Origin: an uncultured Chloroflexia bacterium
Lineage (GTDB): Bacteria > Chloroflexota > Limnocylindria > QHBO01
Length of the DNA: 64,000 nucleotides
NCBI GenBank assembly: GCA_963825525.1
Contig: CAWGTN010000002.1
Span: forward strand, 1,088,001 to 1,152,000
Direction: 5' to 3'
The position numbers were made by a program, and so were the translations under genes. Of the stretch, positions 28,888 through 37,145 are shown one piece after another (positions within the stretch are counted from its first letter, which is position 1; the number at the start of each line of letters is the position of its first letter). The notes under the pieces are model-generated. The model ran no database searches. It saw nothing but the letters and a program-made list of their open reading frames with translations, and was not told where the DNA came from.

Positions 28888-30282
28888 TCAGGGCAGGGTG
28901 TTGTCGATGCTGCGAACGACGCCGTCCGAAACCGACCCCGTTCCGCCCAGCACGTAGACCGTATCGGGACCGAGGCGCGAGAGCTCGCTGGCGACGGCAC
29001 TCGGCAGGCTCGACTGCGACACGAGCAGCAGCGGTCCGGGGACGAGCGCGGCCACCGGGCCGCCGGCCAGGCCATCGGGGAAGTTCGAGCCGGTCGCCAC
29101 GAACACCGCGTCGCTGCCGCCGCTTCCGTAGCTTGCCCGACTGACCTGGACGCTCGTCGCGTAGCGATCGGCTCCGGCGAGCCGGCTGACCGAGCCGGAG
29201 TAGGCCTTGAGGGCCTCCGCCACAGCGGCATTGATCGCTCCCGTTCCCCCCAGGATGACGATCTTGGCGGGGTTCAGGCGATCGAGCTCACGGGCAGTGG
29301 CGATGGGGAGCGAGTTCGATTTGGCCAGGAGGATCGGCCCGCCGTTGCGCCCGGCGAGCGCTCCGCCGGATAGGGCGTCGGGGAATGTCATGCCGGTTGC
29401 GACATAGGCCACCGGAACTCCCGGCGAAAAGGACTTCTCGCTGACCATGGCCGCGGTCGCGAACCGATCAGCACCGGCCCATCGGACGACCGAACCGGCA
29501 AACGATCCCAACCGGGTGGCGACGTTCGCGCTGACGGCGCCGGTGCCGCCGAGAATCACGATGCGGGACGGCTTGAGCCGGGCGAGCTCGGTCTCGGTGG
29601 CACTCGAGAGCGTCCAGCGATCGGTGAGCAGGATCGGGCCGTTGGCGCGAGCGGCCGCCGGCGAGCCGGCAAGCGCGTCCGGGAACGATGCGCCGGTGGC
29701 GATGAACACGGTGGATGCCCCGCCGCCGAATCGGGACCGGCTGATCGCCGCTGCGGTCGCGTAGCGGTCCCCACCGGCGAGCCGGAGGATGTCCGTGCTG
29801 CTCTCGGGAGCGCAGGTCCGAACGAACACCATGACCGAGTAGGTCTTGCCGCTGCTGGTGGAGGTGCGGTGGCTGCCACCGGCGACGGTGTAGTTGCCGA
29901 CGATGATGTCGTGATGGCCCTGTGACTTCCACCACGACTCCATGGTGCGGGCCGGATCGTACGAGGAGTACCCGCGCTCCCAGGCAATGATCTCGCCGTG
30001 TGCCGTGAAGCAGACGCCGAGGGCCTTGAGGCGGGACGCGATGTAGTTCGCCTCGTGGCCGAAGGTGTCGGAGCTCGCCATTCGCGAAGCACGCTCGTCG
30101 GCAATCTTGTCGACGGCCGAGGAGAGGCTGACCGGCGGGAGGTTGACCGATGCGCGCTTGGCGTTCGCCAGGTCGACGTAGCGATTGCCGTCCACGGCCG
30201 CGGCCGGAGCCGCGAACGCCAGGACCAGCGACATGGAGACGAGGGCGCCGAACGTGCGGCGGAGGGATGCGGAACGAATCAT
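28888..30282 (-). CDS. Secreted CAP (SCP/PR-1) domain protein + 3x CWB2 repeats
   Basis: Signal peptide; LANAKRA, FGHE, GEIIAW, WWKSQGHHDII CAP motifs; three CWB2 repeats at about 28891-29790. Confidence 0.88.
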   Translation of the reverse strand: MIRSASLRRTFGALVSMSLVLAFAAPAAAVDGNRYVDLANAKRASVNLPPVSLSSAVDKIADERASRMASSDTFGHEANYIASRLKALGVCFTAHGEIIAWERGYSSYDPARTMESWWKSQGHHDIIVGNYTVAGGSHRTSTSSGKTYSVMVFVRTCAPESSTDILRLAGGDRYATAAAISRSRFGGGASTVFIATGASFPDALAGSPAAARANGPILLTDRWTLSSATETELARLKPSRIVILGGTGAVSANVATRLGSFAGSVVRWAGADRFATAAMVSEKSFSPGVPVAYVATGMTFPDALSGGALAGRNGGPILLAKSNSLPIATARELDRLNPAKIVILGGTGAINAAVAEALKAYSGSVSRLAGADRYATSVQVSRASYGSGGSDAVFVATGSNFPDGLAGGPVAALVPGPLLLVSQSSLPSAVASELSRLGPDTVYVLGGTGSVSDGVVRSIDNTLP

Positions 30283-30405
30283 GGGACGCGGGGCTCCGAG
30301 GGATGGGATCAGGACACGTCGACCCTACCAACCAACCTCGGCCTTCGACCATGGCCCGATGGGGCCGTCACGCGCCTGAGCGGAGTACCGTGCGAGCGCG
30401 CCCCA

Positions 30406-32724
30406 TTAGTCCCACAGTGCTGCGATCTGCGCCGCCACGGAGGCCGAGACGGAGCTCGTGCCGCCCAGGATGATGATCCGCGGCGGATTCAGGCGCCGCA
30501 GCTCGGCGGCCACCGCTGCCGGCAACGTTCCGTTCGGCACGATGATCAACGGGCCATCGGCCTTGGCGGCCGCCGGCGTCCCGGCCAGGCCGTCGGCGAA
30601 GTTCGCCCCCGTGGCCACGTACACGGTCCGCGGCGCATCACTGCCGGTTGTTGCCTTGGAGACCGCGACCGCGGTGGCATAGCGATCGGCCCCCGCCAGG
30701 CGCGTGACCGAACCTCCGGTGGCGTAGGGACGCAGCCGCGACAGCACCGCGTCGCTGACCACGGACGTTCCGCCAAGGACGACGATCTTGACCGGCTTCA
30801 GCCGCTCCAGCTCGCTCGCGGTCGATGAGGGAAGCGACCCACCTGCGACGAGCAGGATGGGTCCGTCCTGCCGGCCTGCGGCAACGCCACCGGCCAGCGC
30901 ATCGGGGAAGGACCCACCGGCCGCCACGTAGGCCACCGGCACACCCTGGGGAAAGACCGCAGAGCTGGTGCGCGCGGCCGTGGCATAGCGATCAGGGCCG
31001 GCGATGCGCGTCACGACACCGCTGGTGGCGTAGGAACGCAGCTGCGCAGCAACCGAGTCGCTGACCATGGCGGTGCCGCCCAACACCACGATCCGGGCCG
31101 GCCGCAGCCGAGCAAGTTCCCCGGCCGTGGCAGATGGCAGCGAGGTCCCCAGCGTGAGCAGGACCGGGCCACCCTCCCGCGCCGCAGCCGGGCCGGCAGC
31201 CAGGGCATCGGGAAATGACGAGCCGGTGGCAACGTACGCAACCGGAACCCCCGGTGCGTAGCTGGCGGAGCTGACCCGGGCAGCGGTGCCGAATCGATCC
31301 TGGCCGGCAAACCGGGCCTGGAGCTTGAGGAATCGGTCCTCGATCAGCGTCCAGAGCTCGCCAACGCCGGTGTCCATGCCAAGGCTCCAGATGCCGATGC
31401 CGGCTGCGCCGTTGGCGCGGACCATCTGGTACTTGGCCCGCAGCGAGACCGGATCGTCGTAGTAGCCCTGCCGATAGCCGCCGTCGGCGGCATGCCAGAC
31501 GAACCAGGGAACCTGTCCGACCGAGTCCCACTTGCGCCCGTACTGGGCCGCCAGGACCTTGCCGCCGTACGGCGTTCCGCCATCACTGCCGTAGTAGCTG
31601 AAGGCAGTGCTGCTGACCGGCGAGCGCACGGGCGAGTTGACCGCGGCGGTGGTCGTGTTCCAGGCACGACCGTAGTACGGCACGCCCCAGATGAGCTTGG
31701 ATGCCGGGACGCGGGCCACGTGGTCGCGCATCGCGTCCCCGGCGTCATAGATCGTGGAGCTGTCCATCGGCGCCACGCCACCGGCTCGGGCCGAGCCCGC
31801 GTAGCTGAAGTCGTAGGCCATCACCATCAGCGCGTCCGCCGCGCCAGCCGCGGTGAGTCCCTGGACGTCATACCCGGTCGACCAGGCGGCGGCACCGGCC
31901 ATCGTGTCGACGGTCACGAACGAACCGACCCGCGCCTTCACGAGGCCCGCCTTCATCTCGCGGACGAACGAGGTGAACTGCGAGCGCAGGCTGGACGGCA
32001 CCGGCTCGAAGTCGATGTTCACGCCATCCACGCGTCGATCGCCGACCACCTTCACGACGTCCGCGACAATGCGGGCCCGATAGGTGGGGCTGTTGAGCAG
32101 CGTGGACATCTCGGTGTAGTCGCCGTTCCAGGCCATCATGGTGATGGTCGGAACCACGCGGACGCCGCGCGCGTGGGCCGCGTTGATGACCTCGGTCATG
32201 GCCGACGAGGTCCACCCCGACCAGCCGACGGTGGGCGTCGACACCGGCCCGCGGGCGAGGTACCCGTTCGACTGCACGCCGATGCTGAAGTAGGCGATCG
32301 TCGACAGCAGGTCCATGCGCAGCGCGGCACGGGTCGTCGTATCGAGCTTCCAGTACGGCAGGAATCCCAGGACTTCATGCGTCAGCTGGTTCGGCAGCGC
32401 GCCGGCGGGACCGGCCACCGAGCTCTCGGCGACGACCAGCGGGTTCGCCGCCTCGGCCGTGACACCCCCAGCGTCGAGGGGCGTCTGAACGGACATCGTG
32501 CCAATGCCGCCACTCGTCGGTGCGATCAGGCCGCCGTGCTCCTCGAGCATCTCGGACTGGGCCGATCGGCTGATGAGGTCGGCTGGCATCGGCGGCAGGA
32601 CCGTCCCGTCCTCCAGGACGACCGCGTCACCCAGCGATGGCTCGTCCGCGGTGGCCGGCGCCGGGACGGCAATGACCAGGAGTGCGACGAGCAAGAGCGA
32701 AAGTCGGCGGGAGCGGACGGGCAT
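30406..32724 (-). CDS. Secreted GH18 glycoside hydrolase (YaaH/SleL-like) + 3x CWB2 repeats
   Basis: Signal peptide; DGVNIDFE catalytic motif, VMAYDF, KLIWGVPYYG, GIGIWSLGMD; three CWB2 repeats at about 30409-31315. GAGG RBS before ATG 32724. Confidence 0.88.
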   Translation of the reverse strand: MPVRSRRLSLLLVALLVIAVPAPATADEPSLGDAVVLEDGTVLPPMPADLISRSAQSEMLEEHGGLIAPTSGGIGTMSVQTPLDAGGVTAEAANPLVVAESSVAGPAGALPNQLTHEVLGFLPYWKLDTTTRAALRMDLLSTIAYFSIGVQSNGYLARGPVSTPTVGWSGWTSSAMTEVINAAHARGVRVVPTITMMAWNGDYTEMSTLLNSPTYRARIVADVVKVVGDRRVDGVNIDFEPVPSSLRSQFTSFVREMKAGLVKARVGSFVTVDTMAGAAAWSTGYDVQGLTAAGAADALMVMAYDFSYAGSARAGGVAPMDSSTIYDAGDAMRDHVARVPASKLIWGVPYYGRAWNTTTAAVNSPVRSPVSSTAFSYYGSDGGTPYGGKVLAAQYGRKWDSVGQVPWFVWHAADGGYRQGYYDDPVSLRAKYQMVRANGAAGIGIWSLGMDTGVGELWTLIEDRFLKLQARFAGQDRFGTAARVSSASYAPGVPVAYVATGSSFPDALAAGPAAAREGGPVLLTLGTSLPSATAGELARLRPARIVVLGGTAMVSDSVAAQLRSYATSGVVTRIAGPDRYATAARTSSAVFPQGVPVAYVAAGGSFPDALAGGVAAGRQDGPILLVAGGSLPSSTASELERLKPVKIVVLGGTSVVSDAVLSRLRPYATGGSVTRLAGADRYATAVAVSKATTGSDAPRTVYVATGANFADGLAGTPAAAKADGPLIIVPNGTLPAAVAAELRRLNPPRIIILGGTSSVSASVAAQIAALWD

Positions 32725-32844
32725 CGGTTTCCTCACGGGGGTTCTGGCCGAACGGGCGAGCAGAGGCTCGCGACCGCACCGCACGCTACCCCTCTGTCGC
32801 TGACCGCCCAATGGTACGTCCGACCCATGCGGGCCGTCGCGGGG

Positions 32845-34695
32845 TCACTCTGCCAGGATCGAGGCGATCTGCGCGGCCACGCCATCCGACACGGCGCTCG
32901 TCCCGCCCAGGATCACGACCCGGTCCGGATTCAGGCGCCGAAGCTCGCTGCTGACGCCCGAGGGGATCCAGCTTCCGGGCACCAGGAGCAGCGGTCCCGG
33001 CAGGGCTCCGGCCACCGGACCGCCGCCCAGCGCATCCGGGAAGGTGACACCGGTCGCGACGAAGACGGTGGTGCCCGATGCGAACGTGCCCGTCGAGACC
33101 GCGACCGCGGTCGCATAGCGGTCACTCCCGGCGAGCCGGCTGACCCCACCACTCGTCGCGTAGCGGGCCAGGCCCGCCTCGACGCCACTCGACACGACGG
33201 CCGCCGCGCCGAGGACCACGATGCGCCCGGGCCGAAGCCGATTGAGCTCGGCAACCGTTTCGGCCGGGATCGAGTTGCGTTCGACCAGGAGAATCGGCCC
33301 GTCATTCGAACCTGCGGCGGCCACGCCGGCCAGCGCATCCGGGAACATCTCGCCCGTCGCGACGTAGGCGACCGCTACGCCGATCGGGAACGTGTCGGCA
33401 CTCACCTTCGCGGCGGTCGCGTATCGGTTGCTGCCGGCGATCCTATTCACCGTCCCGCTGGTGGCGTAGCCCTTCAGGCCCTGCTCCACGCCGGACGAGA
33501 CCATGGCGGTTCCGCCGATGACCTTGATCACCTGCGGGCGCAGCCGTGAAAGCTCGGTGGCCGTCTGGGACGGAATCCAGGTCGAGCCGACGAGGAGCAC
33601 GGGTCCGTTCAAGCGAGCGGCGGCGGCTCCCGCCGACAGCGCATCCGGGAAGGTGGCGCCGGTGGCCACGTAGGCGACCGCGACACCCGGCGCGAAGCTT
33701 GCCGCACTGACCGCGGCCGCGGTGGCGTATCGATCGCTGCCGGCGATGCGATCGACATCCTCCGAACCGGGCGGTGGTGGCGTCCCCGTGGGAGTGCCCG
33801 GGACGGCATCGGGGTTGGCGGCAAGGGCATACCAGTAGTCGGGCTCACCGAAGTGCATCGATCCGGCCACCGTCTCCTGGACCCAGACCTTGGCCCCGGG
33901 GATGTCCGGATGGTTCATCGGCTTCAGGGCCGCTGCGTCGTAGCCCACGCCCTCCTGGAACGTCTCACCATACGAGCGTTCCGGGTGGGTGAGGACGCGC
34001 GAGACGATGTCGTCTGCGTCGCCGTAAGCCGTGGCGAAGTAGGCGCCGGCGCCGAGCTTGAGCACCGGGTAGCTGTAGTTGCGGACGCGCTGCTGCGCCT
34101 CGGACAGGGTGGTCCGGGGATCCGTCCGGAGGTAGCGCTCGCCGAAGCCGGGGGCGTAGTGGGCCTGGGCATAGACCATCGTGAACCCGGGGGCGGGGCT
34201 GATCCCGTCGGTGTTGGTCGATCCGCCGCAGTAGCTCCACTGCGCGGCCCCGTCGCCGGATGTCAGGGTGCCGAGCAGAGCCTTCTCGCCGCAGTAGACC
34301 AGGGTCGTCGACCAGTTGTCCTGGTCGCCATTCGTCGTCGTGCGGTTCAGGCCCCAGCCGTTCACGCGATCGATGCTTTCCGTGCCGCTGTACGGGTTCG
34401 GGTACCCGTTGCCGTGGCCGAAGTAGACGACGACGTTGGCGCCGTTGACGGCGGACCGGACGTTGGCCCAGGTGGCGTTCGGGGTGTAGGCCTTCACCAC
34501 GGTGGCACCGGCAGCGGTCGCCGCGCTGGCGACCTCGTTGGCCATGTTCCGATAGGTGGTGGAGAGGGATCCAACGGGTCCGACGATGATCGCCACCTTC
34601 GGCGACGCGGCCGCAACCGGGGTCGGAAGGGCGGCCATGGCGGCGACGGCGAACATGAGAGCCGCAAGGGCGGCGGCGCGGATGCGGTCTGGCAA
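32845..34695 (-). CDS. Secreted protein with uncharacterised N-terminal alpha/beta domain + 3x CWB2 repeats
   Basis: Signal peptide ending VAAA-SP; VVVYFGHGNG motif; PGTPTGTPPPP linker; three CWB2 repeats at about 32848-33750. TTG start after AGGAG (start uncertain). Confidence 0.8.
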   Translation of the reverse strand: MPDRIRAAALAALMFAVAAMAALPTPVAAASPKVAIIVGPVGSLSTTYRNMANEVASAATAAGATVVKAYTPNATWANVRSAVNGANVVVYFGHGNGYPNPYSGTESIDRVNGWGLNRTTTNGDQDNWSTTLVYCGEKALLGTLTSGDGAAQWSYCGGSTNTDGISPAPGFTMVYAQAHYAPGFGERYLRTDPRTTLSEAQQRVRNYSYPVLKLGAGAYFATAYGDADDIVSRVLTHPERSYGETFQEGVGYDAAALKPMNHPDIPGAKVWVQETVAGSMHFGEPDYWYALAANPDAVPGTPTGTPPPPGSEDVDRIAGSDRYATAAAVSAASFAPGVAVAYVATGATFPDALSAGAAAARLNGPVLLVGSTWIPSQTATELSRLRPQVIKVIGGTAMVSSGVEQGLKGYATSGTVNRIAGSNRYATAAKVSADTFPIGVAVAYVATGEMFPDALAGVAAAGSNDGPILLVERNSIPAETVAELNRLRPGRIVVLGAAAVVSSGVEAGLARYATSGGVSRLAGSDRYATAVAVSTGTFASGTTVFVATGVTFPDALGGGPVAGALPGPLLLVPGSWIPSGVSSELRRLNPDRVVILGGTSAVSDGVAAQIASILAE

Positions 34696-34841
34696 CAGGT
34701 GCTCCTGGGCTTTGCGGGCGGTCTGGGTGGCGGGTACTGCCACCGGCGTCCGATGCTAGGCGCGCCCCTGGGGGGCCGCCATGGCCCCATGGTCCAGTGC
34801 CTCGCCCACCGATGGGTCCAGTCAGGGTGGGACCGCGCGGT

Positions 34842-36035
34842 TCAGCCCGGCGACGAATCGGAGATGAGGCGATCGATGATCGCGACGTATCGGGCCTTCT
34901 GCGCGCCCCAGTCATAGGACGCCGCCTGCCGCTGCGCCTCCTTGCCCATGGCCACGGTTCCCGCCGGGTCGTCGACCATCGCCTCGATCGCGCGGGCCAG
35001 GGCCGCCGGATCGCCCCCGGGGACGAGACGGAGCGCGTCGGCCGTGAAGTGATGGCGGAAGGTGGCGAGGTCGCTGGCGACCGTCGGCACCCCCATCGCC
35101 GCGTACTCCAGCAGCTTCGTGCTGAGGGAATACTCGAGGTACGGCTCGGCCAGGGATGGAACCAGGCCGATGTCCGCCGCGGCGAGCAGTCTCGGCAGGT
35201 CATCCATCGGGACCCGCCCGTGGAGCGTGACCCGGTCCGCCGTCCCCGAGCGATCGATGGCGGACTCGATCTGCGGCCGCCATGGACCGTCGCCGTAGAC
35301 GTCGAGATGCCATCCCAGGCCTGGCCGCAGGTCCGCGAGGCCCGCCACGGCGACATCCAGACCATAGATGCGCTGGAAGTTCGAGTGATGCACCAGCCGG
35401 AGCACACCATCGGCCATGAACTCGCGTCGCTCGTGGCGGCTCGGATCAAAGAGGCGTCCGTCGGCGCTGTTCATGACCACGTGGATCTTCTCCGGCGGGA
35501 CCCCACGAGCGATCGAGAGCTGCCGAAGAGGCTCATGGACCGTGATCAGCTCGTCCACCACCGCTGCCGACGCCCGCGTCACCGCGGTGACGATGGGCAT
35601 GAGCGGTCGAAGGACCGGTGCGGCGAACCGATCGCGGAAGAACTCGGGCATGTCCTCGTGCAGATCCAGGAGGACCGGCACGCGCCCGAGCCGCTCGGGC
35701 AGCGCGGCGAAGCTCAGGAAGTCCGGGACGGTGGCGACCTGGACGAGATCATACGAACGTCGCCGATGCTCGCGCGCCAGGCGCCAGGCGACCATGGCCG
35801 TGAAGGCCACGTACTCGGCCATGTGGCCGGCAAAGCCGACGAAGCCGCGATTGATCGGCAGACGCACGATGCGCATCGGTCCGTCCCGCTCCTCGGCCGG
35901 CTCACCTGGCTGGCGGAGGCAGATGACGTCGACCTCGTATCCGGCATCGATGAGCGCGTCACTCTGCCTTCGAATCCGCGGATCGCCGGGAACGACCGCG
36001 TGGACCACCATCACAATCCGGCGCGGCTGGGTCAC
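34842..36035 (-). CDS. Glycosyltransferase family 4
   Basis: DPRIRRQ, LDLHEDMPE, LSTKLLEYAAMGVPTV. GTG start overlaps the mazG stop. Confidence 0.85.
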   Translation of the reverse strand: MTQPRRIVMVVHAVVPGDPRIRRQSDALIDAGYEVDVICLRQPGEPAEERDGPMRIVRLPINRGFVGFAGHMAEYVAFTAMVAWRLAREHRRRSYDLVQVATVPDFLSFAALPERLGRVPVLLDLHEDMPEFFRDRFAAPVLRPLMPIVTAVTRASAAVVDELITVHEPLRQLSIARGVPPEKIHVVMNSADGRLFDPSRHERREFMADGVLRLVHHSNFQRIYGLDVAVAGLADLRPGLGWHLDVYGDGPWRPQIESAIDRSGTADRVTLHGRVPMDDLPRLLAAADIGLVPSLAEPYLEYSLSTKLLEYAAMGVPTVASDLATFRHHFTADALRLVPGGDPAALARAIEAMVDDPAGTVAMGKEAQRQAASYDWGAQKARYVAIIDRLISDSSPG

Positions 36036-37141
36036 GTCGACTTCACCTCGTCCCACAGCCGGTCCTTGTCGGCCAGCGGCATGGCGGCCAGATCGAGCCC
36101 GCGACTCGCCGCCAGCTCCTCCACGCGGGCATGGCGCGACACCCAGCGATGGTTCGCGGCGCGCAGCGCCTCCTCGGGGTCGAGCTTCATCCAGCGCGCC
36201 AGGTTCACGATGGCAAACAGGACATCCCCAAGCTCGTGCAATCGCTCGTCGTGGCCATCCGCCGCTCGCAGCTCGTCGATCTCCTCGGCGACCTTGTCCC
36301 AGACCCCCTCGATGGCGTCCCAGTCCCATCCGAGGGTAGCCGCCCGTTCCTGGATCTCACGGCTGCCGGCGAGAGCGGGAAGGGCGCGCGCGATCGCGGC
36401 AAACGGACCCTGGCGCGACTGACCGCGGTCGGCGCGCTCATCGGCCTTGATCGCCTCCCAGTTGCTGACCACCTGGTCCACTCCATCGACCTCCACGCTC
36501 CCGAAGACGTGCGGGTGGCGGCGCACGATCTTCGTCGCGATCGAGCGATACACGTCGGTCAGGTCGAAGGCGCCCTCCTCGGCAGCGAATTGGGCGTGGA
36601 GGATCACCTGCAGCAGGACGTCACCAAGCTCGTCGGCCAGGTCGGCAGGGCTTCCGTGCTCGATGGCATCGACCGTCTCGTACGCCTCCTCGAGCAGGAA
36701 CGGACGAAGGCTGCGGTGTGTCTGCCGGCGGTCCCACGGACAGCCGTCCGGCGCCCGAAGGCGCGCGCTGATCGCGGCCATGCCGTGCGGGCTGGCGAGA
36801 TTGTCGAGCGGTTCCAGGGCGGGAACCAGCCACGAGCCGGAGGCGAGGAGCGCATCGTCGATCTCCTCCAGCCGATGCCGGTGCCGCTCGGGCAGGCTGA
36901 CGAGCTCGTGGCCCCCCGGATAGAGCGCTGACAGGACGGCGTGCGGCCCCGACCTGGCGTGACGGCCGGGCAGGATAGTCGCGGCGTCCGCCGCGGGGTC
37001 GTCGAGCAGGACGAGCGGCATCGACGGGTCGAACGCTACGCCGGCCAGATTGGACACGGAGACGATCTGGACGCCGGCCAGCGGATCGACGGCCGCCGCC
37101 GCCAGCACCTCGTCAACACCGCGCTTCGGCCCGGCGCTCAT
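36032..37141 (-). CDS. mazG: MazG nucleoside triphosphate pyrophosphohydrolase with a short YabN-like N-terminal remnant
   Basis: LRAPDGCPWDRRQTH, EEAYE, ELGDVLLQV, RRHPHVF, KVAEEIDEL. Confidence 0.9.
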   Translation of the reverse strand: MSAGPKRGVDEVLAAAAVDPLAGVQIVSVSNLAGVAFDPSMPLVLLDDPAADAATILPGRHARSGPHAVLSALYPGGHELVSLPERHRHRLEEIDDALLASGSWLVPALEPLDNLASPHGMAAISARLRAPDGCPWDRRQTHRSLRPFLLEEAYETVDAIEHGSPADLADELGDVLLQVILHAQFAAEEGAFDLTDVYRSIATKIVRRHPHVFGSVEVDGVDQVVSNWEAIKADERADRGQSRQGPFAAIARALPALAGSREIQERAATLGWDWDAIEGVWDKVAEEIDELRAADGHDERLHELGDVLFAIVNLARWMKLDPEEALRAANHRWVSRHARVEELAASRGLDLAAMPLADKDRLWDEVKST

Positions 37142-37145
37142 CGGA

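Noticed and set aside
24505-33750. Recurring DNA similarity (e.g. GATCGCTACGCGAC-like segments) as a CRISPR or repeat array
   Set aside because: The recurrences are degenerate, in frame and explained by CWB2 protein repeats. There is no fixed repeat-spacer period and no cas gene.
34696-34760. c-di-GMP-I riboswitch (GCAAAGCC on the minus strand) upstream of the CWB2 gene
   Set aside because: Only the short motif matches; I could not find the GNRA tetraloop/receptor stems. An Infernal search with RF01051 would settle it.
36032-37141. mazG as part of a toxin-antitoxin or anti-phage system
   Set aside because: It is the housekeeping YabN/MazG type with no mazEF or defence genes nearby.
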